A stretch of 64,000 bases of DNA from Clostridia bacterium (GTDB lineage Bacteria; Bacillota; Clostridia; Oscillospirales; CAG-272). The stretch spans positions 438 through 64,437 of the forward strand of contig JAFTIL010000025.1 of the NCBI GenBank assembly GCA_017456905.1, read 5' to 3'. The notes under the pieces were generated by a model. That model was not told where the DNA came from. It ran no database searches and worked only from the letters and a program-made list of their open reading frames with translations. How positions within the stretch are numbered: the stretch's first letter is position 1; each line of letters starts with the position of its first letter. Made by a program: the position numbers and the translations under genes. Positions 9,396-18,123 of this stretch are shown piece by piece.

Positions 9396-9564
9396 CTGTC
9401 GCGCTCCCTTCGTAGATTTCTGTTGTATCGCTCATAATCGTTTCTTCCGTCACTTCCTCCGTAAACACAGAGGGCAGCCGACGTCCCGTGAACACGAGAT
9501 AGCCGACTGCCCAAAGGATCACGGCAAGGAGAATGACAGCAAGTATTCTCTTAGCCGTTTTCAT
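9370..9564 (-). CDS. small single-pass membrane protein (64 aa)
   Basis: AAGGAGG RBS. Basic N-terminus, a TM helix (ILAVILLAVILWAVGYLVF) and an acidic tail. Confidence 0.45.
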   Translation of the reverse strand: MKTAKRILAVILLAVILWAVGYLVFTGRRLPSVFTEEVTEETIMSDTTEIYEGSATDEPTTETS

Positions 9565-9567
9565 GCG

Positions 9568-11589
9568 CTAATCCTCCTTACGATTATTTTTTCTGTCTGT
9601 GATCAAACTGATGATTGACCTGACCCCCTTGGCTATATAGTCATATACCCAAAGGATTCCTTTGAGAATGTAGGGCCACAGCGGGGCCAGCAAAAGGATC
9701 AGCAGGAGGATCATGACTAAAGCAAAGACGACCTGATACCATTCAAGCTCGCCGGGCAGATCAATCGGCGGGGTGATATCACCAATGGCGTCGATTGGGT
9801 CGGCAACCACGGGGATGACGGTGTAGATACCTTCCTTGTTGAAAGTGAGCTGGATGATATCAAAGTCAAAGAACACGTTTTCATTGGCAATATAAGCCTG
9901 ATCCTCATACTTTTTATCAGCCCCGAGAAAGCCTCCACCGGGCTCAATGATGGTCGCCGCTTGAGAATAGTAATCACTGGTCGCGAATCGGAACAGCACC
10001 ACTACCTCGTCATTGTCGGTCGCGTCCAGGTAGGTCTCACGGATGGAGTCCACGTCCTGCATATTCACAAGCAGCCGCTCGGCAACCGTGGCGTTTTTTC
10101 CTTCCAGGTCATCGGCTTTAAGAATCTGTATGGGCGCAACCACACGGCTTTCCTCATCAGGCCCGCCGGTAAAGGCCGCGCCCAGACCAAAGTTCATCCA
10201 GTTTTCCCAAAAGCTTGGTTCCTTCTCTGACCAGCTGGACAGCACTTGGGTATCGAGGTCAGCATCAAAATCGTAATAGGAATAGCCCATCTGGATCTTT
10301 CCGCTGGCGTTGTTCACCTTGCGGCTATCGTCGATATCGTTCTCAAAAAGATCTGCGCTGATGGTGCCGTTTTTCACGGGAAGTCTGCCATTTTCAAAGG
10401 TTTTGCTATAACTGCGGATGTATTCGTAAAGCTCATTGCTTTCCACACCGCCCACGCTGACCTTTTTGGCGTAGGGATCGTATTCCTTAATATCCTCAAC
10501 GTAGAACATATAGTAGAGCACGTTGGTGGGTTTATGGTAATATCCTGTACCCAAATTCCAACCCCATTGGGCTACGTACATATCTCCCGCTTTGCCCGCG
10601 CCAATGCCCAGGCTGTAGCCGATATCCTTTTCATATTCGTACTGCCCATATTGATTAGGCGTCGTTCCCAGCGGTACTCCCGCATAGGGCTTGGCTGACT
10701 CAAAAAAGGCAGCATTACTGGTGACAAGAATATCCTTGGTTTTGTACTCATACCACTCTGCCTTGATGCGTTGGAGTTTGCCATATTCCTCAATGTAGCT
10801 CTTGGGAACGGTGAAGTACACGGTATCCAGCTGATTCTGATGACCCGCGCCAAGGGTTGAAGTTTCAGAGCGGAAGAAAGTATGTTTTACGGATAATTCG
10901 ATGGTTTCCAGCTTATCTATTTCACAGTTTAAGGTGCTTTGCGTGTTCACATTGGGGCCATATCCCGCCGCGTAACCGGAGAACCGGTAGGTGGTACCCA
11001 CATGGTATTCGGTGGCGTTGCCTGAACCGTGAAGCGCCAGCTCAATGCCGGAAATATCGTAACGTCTCTCGTTGTTGTTCACTCTCTGATCGAAGGTAGT
11101 TCCATCGATCTTGCGGTCGATAACCTTGTACTTATAGAAAAGGTTCTTGTAATCCCCAGACTCCACCTTACTGCAAAACTCCAGGCTGAACTTCTCATAT
11201 ATGTTGGGACTGCCGTCCTTATTATAGGAGACCGCCATCTGGATCTTATTGCGCTTGCTGTCGGTGGAAAGATTCCTACCTTGAGGATTATAGATATACA
11301 CGTACAAACCGTAATTATCCCGTTGGTTTGCCTTAAACGCATAACAATACTCTATGAAGCTGATGACCTGCACCTCTCCGTTTTCGTTGAAGGGATAGTT
11401 TCGGATATCGAAAGGCTTCCCGTTCACGGTAGAGGTAAGCAGGTCATCCAGTACCTTGGTATTGTCGAAGCTGCTGCCGTTACCCGCCGCGTAGGCGGTG
11501 GTGCTGAAGACCCCAAAGAGAGTCACCAGCACCATCACCATGGCGGCCACGCGGAGCAGCGGTGTTTTTACTGCTCCCGCATGGATCAA
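9568..11589 (-). CDS. secreted protein with a C-terminal membrane anchor (673 aa)
   Basis: TTG start overlapping the upstream stop. Signal peptide ending TTAYA-AG. C-terminal TM (VVFALVMILLLILLLAPLW) followed by a basic tail. Confidence 0.6.
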   Translation of the reverse strand: MIHAGAVKTPLLRVAAMVMVLVTLFGVFSTTAYAAGNGSSFDNTKVLDDLLTSTVNGKPFDIRNYPFNENGEVQVISFIEYCYAFKANQRDNYGLYVYIYNPQGRNLSTDSKRNKIQMAVSYNKDGSPNIYEKFSLEFCSKVESGDYKNLFYKYKVIDRKIDGTTFDQRVNNNERRYDISGIELALHGSGNATEYHVGTTYRFSGYAAGYGPNVNTQSTLNCEIDKLETIELSVKHTFFRSETSTLGAGHQNQLDTVYFTVPKSYIEEYGKLQRIKAEWYEYKTKDILVTSNAAFFESAKPYAGVPLGTTPNQYGQYEYEKDIGYSLGIGAGKAGDMYVAQWGWNLGTGYYHKPTNVLYYMFYVEDIKEYDPYAKKVSVGGVESNELYEYIRSYSKTFENGRLPVKNGTISADLFENDIDDSRKVNNASGKIQMGYSYYDFDADLDTQVLSSWSEKEPSFWENWMNFGLGAAFTGGPDEESRVVAPIQILKADDLEGKNATVAERLLVNMQDVDSIRETYLDATDNDEVVVLFRFATSDYYSQAATIIEPGGGFLGADKKYEDQAYIANENVFFDFDIIQLTFNKEGIYTVIPVVADPIDAIGDITPPIDLPGELEWYQVVFALVMILLLILLLAPLWPYILKGILWVYDYIAKGVRSIISLITDRKNNRKED

Positions 11590-12161
11590 AACTCAATCAC
11601 CTCCTTATCGAGAATCACGCCTCGGATATCCTCGGTGACGGTGAAGTTGACACGCACCTCGGCTTCTCCGTTGTAAGATGTAACGATCAGGGTAAACATA
11701 TTCTCGTAGGCGTGGTCGTTGCAGTCAGCCACCGTGTACCCGGGATAGACCGCCGAGAGGATAGCGGTCAGATCCCCCTTGGGGGTCAGGGTAAAGGACG
11801 TGTCCTCCTGCTTGATCTCAAAGCCTGCCGTCAGATCGTTCTCGGCCTGGAAGGAGTACAGGTCACCGTTCAGACGGAAGTCAAAATCCTTATCCTTGAT
11901 GGGGTTGGGCACGACCTTGACGCTATAGCCTTTCGCCTCGTCATTGGGAGAGGCAAAGACGTATTTCACATCCACGTGCATAGAATCATCGTGACTGGTC
12001 TGGAAGTTACTACCCGTACTCAGCACGTCTTCACCGTCTACCACCGCATAAAATCCGGTGAAGTCGGTGGTAAAGCCGCCGGTGAAGTAGATGATAAAGC
12101 CCAGAATACCGATGAGAGCAAGGATGATCAGGGCATAGATGATGATTTTACTCCAATTCAT
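11586..12161 (-). CDS. N-terminally anchored protein, partial paralog of the two lipoproteins
   Basis: AAGGGGGTG RBS and an N-terminal TM. The C-terminus ...VILDKEVIEF resembles ...LDHDRMSF and ...LDYNEIIF of the neighbours. Confidence 0.55.
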   Translation of the reverse strand: MNWSKIIIYALIILALIGILGFIIYFTGGFTTDFTGFYAVVDGEDVLSTGSNFQTSHDDSMHVDVKYVFASPNDEAKGYSVKVVPNPIKDKDFDFRLNGDLYSFQAENDLTAGFEIKQEDTSFTLTPKGDLTAILSAVYPGYTVADCNDHAYENMFTLIVTSYNGEAEVRVNFTVTEDIRGVILDKEVIEF

Positions 12162-12173
12162 ACATTCACCCCC

Positions 12174-13175
12174 TTAAAAGCTCATTCTGTCGTGGTCAAG
12201 GGAGATGCTTGCCACTGCGGTGTTGTCGAAATGGATCTTGATGGTCTTGGACAGTCCCGAAGTCTTTTCTGTGAGGGTTACGGTAAAGTAACAGTCATTG
12301 ACGTAGGAACGGAACTGATTCTTGTAGGCTCTGGTGCGGCCACCATCGATACGCTCCATGCTCTCATAGTAGTCCTCGATGGCACCCAAGGTATTGACGG
12401 TCAGAACTCCATTGTTATAACTGACAGAGATAAACTTGTCCGTCAAGGTCTTGAGCTCCACCGTCACGTCGGATGCGTCGAACCACTTCTCGGTCGCGGT
12501 AGCGGTATAGTATTCGCGGTAGCCCAGGATCACCGAGCCAACCGCGCTGACATCCACCTCGATGTTGTTGAACTGCTCGCCCACCGTACCGAGAGGATTG
12601 GTCAAGGCGACGTTGAAGGTGTAGCTGCCCTCGGGAGCCAAGTGGTAGCCGTTGGCGGAAGGGGTAAGGTTAGTGGTAAAGACCATATCCGTAGGCTTGC
12701 CCACGTAATCCACCACGCACTGCGCCCAGAAGCCGCTGTCACGGGTGGTCACGGTGATGATGATATTCCCCTCAAAGGGCTTGAAGCAGGCCACAGTTGC
12801 GGTGGTACTACCGCTGGACTTGGGGGTAACGGTGAGATAGTCCGTGACGTTACGGGTATTGGCGGTATCCGCCCAGGCCACAGACCAGTCCACCTCCTTG
12901 TTCGCCGCTGTTACGGGAATGATGGTGGCGGTGAGGGTCTGGGTCAGGGTGGTTGCCTTTTCCGTCACAGAAACCGTAACGGGAGAGGCGGAGATAGAAA
13001 TGAATGGGTTGCTCTGAGGCTCAACAGCAAGCGTTCCCTCGGTGATGTATTCTGTCTCCAAAGTGGTCAGATCCAAGACAGACGGATCTTCGGGAGTACA
13101 ACTTGCCAGGGAGACGGCGGTGAGGATGGTCACCGCCGCCAAGATGAGCGACAAGAGCTTGGTTTTGTGTTTCAT
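12174..13175 (-). CDS. lipoprotein with a Big_2-like Ig domain
   Basis: Lipobox LASC. LTATIIPVTAANKEVDWSV is typical of bacterial Ig-like group 2 domains. AAGGAGG RBS. Confidence 0.65.
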   Translation of the reverse strand: MKHKTKLLSLILAAVTILTAVSLASCTPEDPSVLDLTTLETEYITEGTLAVEPQSNPFISISASPVTVSVTEKATTLTQTLTATIIPVTAANKEVDWSVAWADTANTRNVTDYLTVTPKSSGSTTATVACFKPFEGNIIITVTTRDSGFWAQCVVDYVGKPTDMVFTTNLTPSANGYHLAPEGSYTFNVALTNPLGTVGEQFNNIEVDVSAVGSVILGYREYYTATATEKWFDASDVTVELKTLTDKFISVSYNNGVLTVNTLGAIEDYYESMERIDGGRTRAYKNQFRSYVNDCYFTVTLTEKTSGLSKTIKIHFDNTAVASISLDHDRMSF

Positions 13176-13221
13176 AGGGATTCCTCCTTGTTCAGGATTT
13201 GGAAGTCATGAGACCTCCCGA

Positions 13222-14280
13222 TCAGAAAATGATCTCGTTGTAGTCCAGATTGACGTTATTGACGGTACCCACGGTACGGACGTTGAAGGTATAGGTGATA
13301 CCGGTCACCTTTTCGGTGAGGGTCACGGTGACGTAGGGCTCCATATCGTCGATGTAGCCGTCGAAAACTACCTTGGACACGGTGCCGTCGGTGTTGGTCT
13401 TCTCGCTGTTGAAGGCAGCAGGATAGTTCAGACCATTGATATAGAGCTGGCCGTCGCGGATGCCGACATAGATGCAGTTGAATGCACCCTTGTCGCTCAT
13501 GTAATAGGCGCTGTAATAGCCGACGGTGTCAAAGAAGTCCATGGTCTGCATGGTGATCTCGCTCTGCTCGGTGGAAGTCAGGTTACCGCTTGCGTCATAG
13601 GTGGTATTCTTGGTAAGAATGCCGCCATGAGCTTCCAGAACAACGTCATACTCGGGGGTGAAGTCCGCGCCGGGCTCACCGAAGACGTTGGACAGGTTGA
13701 TGGTGTGGTAGCTGGTGGTATTGTCGCCACTAATCTCAACAATGTCCACGTTCCAGTCGGTATCGGTAACGATGGTAGCATCGGACAGATCAACTTCCAC
13801 GTTAGAGGGAATGCCCACATACTTGCAGACGCACTGTGCCTTAAAGCCGCCCTCACGGGTAGTAACTTCGATGATCACGTTTCCGGTGAAGGGCTGGAGA
13901 CAGGTGACGATAACGACATTGCTTCCATCACCGTTGGAAACCAGACGGACATACTCATTGAGGTTTTCAGAACGGGTATCGTCCTCCCAGTTGATAGTCC
14001 AGTCCACTTCCTTATTCTCTGCGGTTTCAGGCAGGACGGTGGCAGTCAGGATATGCTCCAGGACGGTGCCGTCCGTGGCGGCACGAGTCACGGTCTTGGC
14101 AGACAGGGACAGGAAGGGAGAGTTCTTATTCTCAAAAGAGAGACTGTTGGAGAGCTTGGATGCCTCGGTATCGGTATCCTTACCGAGACTGTTGGGGTTG
14201 CAGGCTACGAGGGTGAGAGCCGAAAATGCCATCACCACGGCCAGCATGAGAGCCAGATGCTTCTTAATATTTTTCTTCAT
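13222..14280 (-). CDS. lipoprotein with a Big_2-like Ig domain (paralog of 12174-13175)
   Basis: Lipobox LVAC. LTATVLPETAENKEVDWTI...VTCLQPFTGNVIIEVTTREGGFKAQC is collinear with the neighbour. Confidence 0.65.
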   Translation of the reverse strand: MKKNIKKHLALMLAVVMAFSALTLVACNPNSLGKDTDTEASKLSNSLSFENKNSPFLSLSAKTVTRAATDGTVLEHILTATVLPETAENKEVDWTINWEDDTRSENLNEYVRLVSNGDGSNVVIVTCLQPFTGNVIIEVTTREGGFKAQCVCKYVGIPSNVEVDLSDATIVTDTDWNVDIVEISGDNTTSYHTINLSNVFGEPGADFTPEYDVVLEAHGGILTKNTTYDASGNLTSTEQSEITMQTMDFFDTVGYYSAYYMSDKGAFNCIYVGIRDGQLYINGLNYPAAFNSEKTNTDGTVSKVVFDGYIDDMEPYVTVTLTEKVTGITYTFNVRTVGTVNNVNLDYNEIIF

Positions 14281-14305
14281 AGGGTAATTCCTCCTTAAAT
14301 TTAGA

Positions 14306-14608
14306 TTAGTTAGATTTGGTTTTGTGATAATTTGCGTACTTATCCGAGCGGTAGCGGTTCACAACGCCTTTCTTAAAGCCTTGTGCTGCTGCCCATCTCG
14401 CGCTGTAACGCTTGGGGATGTTGTACGCTTCATCCCAACCGCGCTTGAAGCCTACGTCAAAAGCAGAATTCTTGTCACTTTTGAGCTGCTTCTGATACGC
14501 CTTGACCTGGGCGGTTTTCTTGCCCACGAAGGCCTTGGTTTTTGCGCCCGCTTTCTTGACGGTACGCTTGAAGCCCGACTCGGGCTTGTTGGTTTTGGTT
14601 GCTTCCAT
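14306..14608 (-). CDS. small highly basic protein (100 aa)
   Basis: AGGAGG lies 6 nt before ATG 14608. Lys/Arg-rich. Confidence 0.5.
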   Translation of the reverse strand: MEATKTNKPESGFKRTVKKAGAKTKAFVGKKTAQVKAYQKQLKSDKNSAFDVGFKRGWDEAYNIPKRYSARWAAAQGFKKGVVNRYRSDKYANYHKTKSN

Positions 14609-14718
14609 GGAAGACCTCCTTTGTGTGAGATAAAAACTGCGGCTCGGGTGGCTTGTCCGCATCCAAGCCGCAGAAACATATGTTTTTTACTGACCCTTTA
14701 GGGGTGACATGCCGCCGC

Positions 14719-15066
14719 TTACTTCAGCAGCATATTGAGCAGAGCCTTGTCGGACGCGCGGAAGGGCTTGATGGCGCACTCATACTCCACGCCGTACTCA
14801 TCGTAGGACTTCACCGCGTAGGTGTTGCCGCTGATGACCTTACCGGTGGCATCGTCCTTGATCTCGAAGGGCTTGACCACCAGCTCGGCGGCCATGGCAC
14901 TTCCGAAGACGATATCCAGCACGGTGTAGCCGCCCTTGTCGGGGGGAATGATGGCCACGCGGACGTCCTTGCCTCTGACGTTACCACGGATGAAGTAGGA
15001 GAAGTAAGACTTGCCGTCCTTCTCAAATACCTCGCGCTCCACGAAAATGTTCTTTTCTGCGTTCAT
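14719..15066 (-). CDS. hypothetical protein (115 aa)
   Basis: AGGAGG RBS. No motif recognised. Confidence 0.5.
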   Translation of the reverse strand: MNAEKNIFVEREVFEKDGKSYFSYFIRGNVRGKDVRVAIIPPDKGGYTVLDIVFGSAMAAELVVKPFEIKDDATGKVISGNTYAVKSYDEYGVEYECAIKPFRASDKALLNMLLK

Positions 15067-15132
15067 GTTACTTTACCTCCTGTTGCAGTTTTGGATTGAA
15101 TTTCGGTTACTTGTGCGATCCTGTTACGGGGA

Positions 15133-15393
15133 TCAGCCGCCCTTGCGCTGGGAGATCTCGCGGGCTTCCTTCTTGGACTTGCCCTCGGAAAGAGCCTTCT
15201 TGTACTTAAACAATCCTGCATGATCTCCTTGGGCTTGCAGGTACCCAGAACGGATGCCTGCCTCGTAGTCGGTGAGCTCGCGCCCCTCCTTGGGGCCGTG
15301 CTTGTGTACCTTGGCCTTACGCTCCTCGGCGTAGCCCTTGGCTCGCTTGGATGGGATCGCCCATCTGCGCTTGTTGTACTTTTCGTTTGCCAT
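15133..15393 (-). CDS. small basic protein (86 aa)
   Basis: AAGGAGG lies 7 nt before ATG 15393. Confidence 0.5.
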   Translation of the reverse strand: MANEKYNKRRWAIPSKRAKGYAEERKAKVHKHGPKEGRELTDYEAGIRSGYLQAQGDHAGLFKYKKALSEGKSKKEAREISQRKGG

Positions 15394-15749
15394 GTGCAAA
15401 CCTCCTTGTTGAGTTTTGTTGGTGCCCGTAGGTTATTCAATTGTACGCTTACATCTTGGTAAACGGTAATCTCTCCGCATTCTGCGAAACATCGTGTTTC
15501 CTGCGACCTCGTTGCTCCGAAGGTGACCACCTGTTCTTTGCAAAGTTCAGAGATCAGATGCGTCGCGGTTCTCTGCGGTGATTACGCATACAGTATAGCG
15601 AATTTCAAAGGTAAACTCAACTTTCCTGACTGCCCACTTTTCCTTTGTTTCTACACACTTTTGCATGTTTTCTGCCCATGATTGAGACACGTTTTCACCC
15701 GTTTGTTCCCGACTCTTACCAGACTATTACAGTCTCTTACAACATCGTA

Positions 15750-15786
15750 AAAAAGAGAAAGGGCAAGAACCGAAATCCTTGCCCTT
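15750..15786 (-). terminator. intrinsic terminator separating the regulatory and structural modules
   Basis: aagggcaag/cttgccctt stem, followed by a T-rich tract (tctctttttt) on the minus strand. Confidence 0.6.
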
Positions 15787-15796
15787 GATGAGTTTG

Positions 15797-16045
15797 TTAT
15801 TCCACATAAGTACGTGTGTAATTATTAGACGGCAACCGCTTGCCATTGATATGCCGCTTTCCCTGAAAAGCCAGATTGTAGGCCAGGTCTCTCTTAGGAG
15901 TACGGCGGTAATAGGTATCATGGCTGGTCAGCACGTTGTTCTCCTTCTTATGCTTCTGAATGACCATGACCTGCTTGACGATGAAGCAAGGTGTGCGGTA
16001 CACGTTGTCCGCTCCCTGCAAGTAATCGGGCATATAGTTTTCCAT
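15797..16045 (-). CDS. hypothetical basic protein (82 aa)
   Basis: Start codon overlaps the stop of the upstream gene. Terminator downstream. Confidence 0.4.
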   Translation of the reverse strand: MENYMPDYLQGADNVYRTPCFIVKQVMVIQKHKKENNVLTSHDTYYRRTPKRDLAYNLAFQGKRHINGKRLPSNNYTRTYVE

Positions 16046-16353
16046 TATGCTACCTCTTGATTCATAGCTTCGTAGAAGAAATCTACGATTTTCTTATTGC
16101 TTTTGTAAATGTAACTCACCGAATACCCCAACCTCTCTGCGGCTGCCTCGTAGGTACAGCACTCGATGTAAAGACAAACGTACACTTCATAGACCCTCGG
16201 GGGAGCCATGCAGATGATTTGGTTGTATCGGGTCACGGTTCCCAGAATGCCGTTTTGTCCCACCGAATCGAACGCCTTGGCGAAGGTATCCTTACGGGAA
16301 TAATAGTAGCGAATATTCGCGAGCTCTTTCTTGATCTGTTCCATTGTTACCAT
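16045..16353 (-). CDS. small sigma-70 region-4-like HTH protein (start uncertain)
   Basis: The C-terminal CCTYEAAAERLGYSVSYIYKSNKKIV segment looks like a region-4 HTH, as in phage/ICE late-gene activators. Confidence 0.45.
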   Translation of the reverse strand: MVTMEQIKKELANIRYYYSRKDTFAKAFDSVGQNGILGTVTRYNQIICMAPPRVYEVYVCLYIECCTYEAAAERLGYSVSYIYKSNKKIVDFFYEAMNQEVA

Positions 16354-16551
16354 ATTTCTTTCCTTTCCCGAAGTCACGTTGCGAGAAAAAACGCCTCTGC
16401 AAACAGTAACCTCACTGTGAGATTTCTGTTCGTAGAGGCGAATTGTATCCCTTTGACACGAACCTTACCCATACGGTAGAGGGGAAGGATTTACCCGAGC
16501 ACTGTTTCAACCCGACCTTCTGCTTGCCGTATAGACGTATCATGATTTATT

Positions 16552-16740
16552 TCATTGTGCTGCTTTCACGATCTTGATATGCCGCTCCCGTTCAGAGTGA
16601 TTTTTGCTGAACACGGATGCCTTGCATACGGGGCATTTGCCGGAGTAGGAGCCGTTTTCGGCTCGCTTGACCTTCATGTAATTCAGGCATTCCGGACAAT
16701 GGATCGTTATGTCCTTTTTTGTACTGCGTAAAATTTCCAT
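16552..16740 (-). CDS. zinc-ribbon protein (62 aa)
   Basis: AGGAGG RBS. CPEC...CPVC four-cysteine ribbon. Confidence 0.5.
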   Translation of the reverse strand: MEILRSTKKDITIHCPECLNYMKVKRAENGSYSGKCPVCKASVFSKNHSERERHIKIVKAAQ

Positions 16741-16906
16741 GGTTAAAAACCTCCTGTTTTTCCCCGGCATGATCAGAGGAGAAACGGATAAACCGCCTGT
16801 TGTGGGAGTGGAAAGCGCCACACATCGGCCCGGCTTATCTTCTTTCACGCCGTGTATATCTCTCCAAGTCCAAGGGTACTTGGATGATGCTGAATCAAAA
16901 CACCGT

Positions 16907-17542
16907 TTACGGTGTATGGATCACGTGATCCACAACGCCCAGAATATCCCACTCCCCGTCGGGGTGAATGTCCCGATAGATGGGCTTGCCATTTTCGTCC
17001 ACCTCATCGTTGGCGGGCTCCAGATAATACTTGCCGTGGTCGCACGCCAGAACCTTGGCGGTGACTTCCTCTTGATTAAGCCGGGCGATCACCACTTCAC
17101 CGACGTTGGCTGTATTCTGTACCTTGACCACCATGAGGTCTCCGTCGAAGATACCGCGCTTGATCATACTCTGACCCTTCGCCTGCAATATGAAGTGTTC
17201 CTCTGTGCCAAAGATCTCCACGGGGAGCGCTACCGTTGCGGTAATGTTCTCCACCGCCAGCAAGGGTGTACCGCAGGGACAGGAGCCTACGATGGAAGTG
17301 TGCTTAGTCTGTCCTATGTTCAAGTTGTCGGGAATGGAAATGATCCTTCGGCCACCCACATAAGCCACCTCGATCAACTCCCGTTCCTCCAGCGTTGCGA
17401 TCAGTTTGGATACCCAGCTTGTAGAGCTTATCCCGCAAGCCGCGCCGATTTCACGGAAGGTAGGGGACCTTCTCTCATTGATATGACAGTCTCGTATGTA
17501 CTGATAAACGTCATTCAGTTTCGATTCATCAAATCTTCTCAT
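16907..17542 (-). CDS. LexA-like repressor (HTH plus S24 peptidase)
   Basis: N-terminal RSPTFREIGAACGISSTSWVSKLIATLEEREL and a C-terminal S24-like segment (LQAKGQSMIKRGIFDGDLMVV...GEVVIARL). Confidence 0.8.
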   Translation of the reverse strand: MRRFDESKLNDVYQYIRDCHINERRSPTFREIGAACGISSTSWVSKLIATLEERELIEVAYVGGRRIISIPDNLNIGQTKHTSIVGSCPCGTPLLAVENITATVALPVEIFGTEEHFILQAKGQSMIKRGIFDGDLMVVKVQNTANVGEVVIARLNQEEVTAKVLACDHGKYYLEPANDEVDENGKPIYRDIHPDGEWDILGVVDHVIHTP

Positions 17543-17570
17543 ATCCGTACCTCATAGATCGAGCATTAAA

Positions 17571-17585
17571 AGAACGATTTGTTCT
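17571..17585. promoter_or_regulatory. palindromic operator candidate AGAAC-N5-GTTCT
   Basis: Lies 29 nt upstream of the LexA-like start. Resembles a Cheo box (GAAC-N4-GTTC) but with a 5-nt spacer. Confidence 0.4.
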
Positions 17586-17660
17586 GTTAAGAATGATACC
17601 ACGAAAGAGAGGATTTGTCAACGGGTTTCGGAGCAGAAAATCTGGCAGAGAGGGAAGGTG

Positions 17661-17864
17661 TCACTTTTTACTGACACCTTCTTTGCTTTTGGGTCTATCC
17701 CGAGACTTGTACTTGTAGTAGTTCTGTATGTGCTCTGAAAGCATCAAGTCAAGCGCTGATGCCCACACGTTGAAATCGTCATCGTGGAGCTGCCTGACAT
17801 CCGGGGGCTCGTCGATCAGTACCCGAAGCCCTGTTTTATTGCCAGTAATCTTGATCTCCTGCAT
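17661..17864 (-). CDS. hypothetical protein (67 aa)
   Basis: AAGGAGG RBS. TTTACA-17-TATAGT promoter-like sequence upstream. A 10-bp hairpin (17654-17681) spans its stop. Confidence 0.45.
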   Translation of the reverse strand: MQEIKITGNKTGLRVLIDEPPDVRQLHDDDFNVWASALDLMLSEHIQNYYKYKSRDRPKSKEGVSKK

Positions 17865-18070
17865 ACCTGTGTCCTCCTTTCTCTGTGGTTGCTATTACTA
17901 TACCATACGGGAGGGGGAATGTAAACTTACGGGACTGGACAGTTTTGAGACAGGGGTGGATTGTTTTGTTTCGTTGGTGGAAGGATTTCCTTCAATCTCT
18001 TCTGTGTTTGTTTTCAATATTACGAATCCTATGGATTAGTATTTTCATCTTACACACATTACCAATCGAC

Positions 18071-18103
18071 AAAAATCCCTGCAGCTCAAAAACGCTGCAG
18101 GGA
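18071..18103 (-). terminator. intrinsic terminator of the RR-HK operon
   Basis: tccctgcag/ctgcaggga stem followed by TTTTT on the minus strand. Confidence 0.7.
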
Positions 18104-18123
18104 TATGATATTGTTTCGCCTAA

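Larger units (their letters stand above)
6025..17900 (-). mobile_element. candidate integrated rolling-circle (HUH Rep) element; ends not defined
   Basis: All genes are on one strand. A LexA-like repressor lies at one end and Rep plus a long hairpin at the other. No flanking direct repeats were identified. Confidence 0.35.

Noticed and set aside
11562-14298. Long + strand ORFs (549 aa, 418 aa, 190 aa) covering the lipoprotein region
   Set aside because: They are antisense to minus-strand genes that have AGGAGG RBSs, lipoboxes and mutual paralogy. The + strand translations are low-complexity (G/V/D/H-rich) with no RBS, which is a typical shadow-ORF pattern in GC-rich coding DNA.
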